Shown here in pieces: positions 5,012 to 6,167 of a DNA stretch of 6,167 nucleotides (its first letter is position 1; the number at the start of each line of letters is the position of its first letter). Under the pieces are notes generated by a model, which made no database searches, was not told the DNA's origin, and saw only the letters and a list, made by a program, of their open reading frames with translations. This DNA comes from a virus, in IMG/VR virus record IMGVR_UViG_3300022738_000001. One strand, given 5' to 3'. A program made the translations under genes and the position numbers.

Positions 5012-5027
5012 ACTCCAATTTTGGAGT
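5012..5027. promoter_or_regulatory. Operator-like palindrome O2 (ACTCCAA-TT-TTGGAGT)
   Basis: 7-bp inverted arms with a 2-bp spacer, 29 bp centre-to-centre from O1. A TCCAAA half-site-like element (5004-5009) lies between them. Confidence 0.6.
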
Positions 5028-5060
5028 TTCTGTCACTCGTAACCGAAAAGGGTTCCTACC

Positions 5061-5390
5061 GTGAATACGCCCGCATCCGCGCCCGCACCCCGTACCGTAG
5101 CCATCGGCCAAGTTCTTATCCGTGGCCGAATCCTCTCCCGCCGCAGCATCACCACGCAACAGGGCAAGCTTTGGCTGACGCTGGTCGCCATGCCCGCGCC
5201 GGACCCCTACTCCCATCCGGCGACCGTGGAGGTGAAGTCTGACAAGGCCCTCGGCCAGTCACAGGATGACGTCGAGGTCCTCTGTCGCCTGGGCGGCTCG
5301 CGCCGCACCTTTCAGGTCACCGACAAGGAAACTGGCGAACGCCTGACCGTCGCCACCGCCGACAACAGCCTGACCGCCGTCGAGGGCTGA
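5061..5390 (+). CDS. 109-aa protein, putative OB-fold ssDNA-binding protein (functional analogue of gene V/RstB)
   Basis: GTG 5061 is the first gene of the rightward operon. The stop at 5388-5390 lies 4 nt before the rep GTG. The pattern VLIRGRIL..T..GKLWLTLVA...ATVEVKSDKALG...DDVEVLCRLGGSRRTF..DKETGE resembles the strand pattern of OB-fold SSBs. The coding call is firmer than the functional call. Confidence 0.5.
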   Translation: MNTPASAPAPRTVAIGQVLIRGRILSRRSITTQQGKLWLTLVAMPAPDPYSHPATVEVKSDKALGQSQDDVEVLCRLGGSRRTFQVTDKETGERLTVATADNSLTAVEG

Positions 5391-5394
5391 TCGC

Positions 5395-6167
5395 GTGATC
5401 GACTGGCTCACGCTGCGCCGCCCGATCGACGATGGGTATTGCGCCCATCTGAACGAAAAGCTGCTCGGCGCGGCGTGCGTGCTGGTTATGCAGGACCTCA
5501 ATACCGGTGAGGTCCAGTGGGAAAAAACCACTTTCGATTTCGAGAAGCTGCGCAGCGACACGCCCGGTCTTTTCTGGACCGTGCAGACGATGAAGAGCCA
5601 AGCCTATCTTGTGATTGGCGGCTCTCCCGCGTCGCTCGAACACGGCTGCAACGTTTTCGGTTCCTCCGATATTCGGCACTGCGCTGACCTGCTCATTCGG
5701 CATGCCTCGCGTGTGCTGTCCTGCTTCCTCCCGACACACGCCGATGACGCGTGGCAGGTCCGTCGCATCGACGTGACGCACAACTACGCCCTCCCCGACC
5801 CGGCCGCTGTGAAGGCTGCGCTGCGCGGACTGCTTGCCAGTGATCGCGCGCGTCGCTTCCGTGGGGAGTCAGCCAAGACGGGCGATTCGGTCTATTGGAA
5901 CCGCGGCTCGGATCTGCGTATGGGCAAGGCCTACCACAAGGGCCCGCAGCTCGCCTTTCGCGTGGAGCGCGAAGAGTCGAACGCCACACCGGAGCAAGTC
6001 GAGATGGCCGACCGCCTTCTACGTCTGGAACTTCAACTAGGGCGCCGTTGGTGCGAGCGCCTGACCCAGAAGTGCGCCAAGGGCGGCAACTGGGTTGAAC
6101 GGGACCGGGATGACCCGGCCCGCCGCGACTGGCGCGAACTCACCGCGCGCGAGTTGGACAGCGAATT
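5395..6167 (+). CDS. Replication initiation protein, gene II/CRI (RstA-like) family, N-terminal part. It runs off the window and continues at 3-449, for 364 aa in total.
   Basis: GTG 5395 is preceded by GAGGG (5382-5386, 8-nt spacer). I translated the frame codon by codon and found no stop up to 6167. The N-terminus V/M-IDWLTLRRP, RRIDVTHNY (about 5761-5787), GKAYHKG (Tyr codon 5932-5934) and LRLELQLGRRW match the pattern I recognise from filamentous-phage rolling-circle initiators. The ORF is absent from the track only because it has no in-window stop. Confidence 0.88.
   Translation, partial: MIDWLTLRRPIDDGYCAHLNEKLLGAACVLVMQDLNTGEVQWEKTTFDFEKLRSDTPGLFWTVQTMKSQAYLVIGGSPASLEHGCNVFGSSDIRHCADLLIRHASRVLSCFLPTHADDAWQVRRIDVTHNYALPDPAAVKAALRGLLASDRARRFRGESAKTGDSVYWNRGSDLRMGKAYHKGPQLAFRVEREESNATPEQVEMADRLLRLELQLGRRWCERLTQKCAKGGNWVERDRDDPARRDWRELTARELDSE
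6041..6167. repeat. Right copy of the exact 127-bp terminal redundancy (circular-contig overlap)
   Basis: Base-for-base identical to 1-127. The rep frame reads through it without a stop. Confidence 0.95.

Larger units (their letters stand above)
4956..5060. promoter_or_regulatory. Divergent control region between the repressor and the replication operon
   Basis: This 105-nt non-coding gap lies between divergent starts (4955 minus, 5061 plus) and contains two copies of a palindromic operator-like site. I could not assign convincing sigma-70 -35/-10 hexamers. Confidence 0.7.
1..6040. mobile_element. Complete circular genome unit (6,040 nt) of a filamentous ssDNA phage (Inoviridae-like), circularly permuted so the window opens inside the rep gene
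   Basis: The two window ends overlap exactly over 127 bp. The full inovirus module set lies in canonical order on the + strand: Rep, small membrane ORFs, pVIII-like coat, pIII-like, pVI-like, pI/Zot. There is also one divergent HTH repressor and one large structured intergenic region. Confidence 0.85.

Noticed and set aside
4956-5060. Specific -35/-10 promoter hexamers (for example the TTGGAG halves of the operators as -35 boxes)
   Set aside because: No -10 element with acceptable similarity lies at 16-19 bp spacing in either direction. I therefore annotate only the regulatory region and the palindromes.
4503-5064. Plus-strand ORFs antisense to the repressor (4503-4823, 4600-4812, 4828-5064) and minus-strand off-frame ORFs (4652-4879, 4759-5013)
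   Set aside because: The minus-strand frame 4569-4955 has a clear XRE HTH signature and an RBS. The others lack motifs and overlap it or the operator region.

Overview
This window is a complete, circularly permuted genome of a small filamentous ssDNA phage (Inoviridae-like), not a chromosomal fragment. The host is probably a GC-rich proteobacterium, which is inference only. Bases 1-127 recur exactly at 6041-6167, so the unique unit is 6,040 nt. The replication-initiator gene that runs off the right edge (5395-6167) continues in frame into 3-449.

Gene order around the circle:
- XRE-type HTH repressor, the only minus-strand gene (4569-4955).
- Divergent control region with two 16-bp palindromic operator-like sites.
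- OB-fold SSB-like ORF (5061-5390).
- Gene II/CRI-type Rep, 364 aa across the junction.
- Three small membrane ORFs joined by consecutive ATGA stop-start overlaps (27, 43 and 76 aa). The 27-aa ORF is missing from the supplied track.
- pVIII-like major coat protein (74-aa precursor, 46-aa mature).
- Hairpin plus T-tract terminator/attenuator.
- pIII-like adsorption protein (427 aa).
- pVI-like membrane protein.
- pI/Zot assembly ATPase (416 aa).
- A 465-nt non-coding region with a 13-bp perfect hairpin, a rho-independent terminator, four to five further stem-loops and an AT-rich, weakly dif-like patch.

No secretin (pIV) gene and no integrase or recombinase gene is present. All functional calls come from motif and architecture recognition by eye; no database search was possible. 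Most long antisense or alternative-frame ORFs in the track look like high-GC artefacts.
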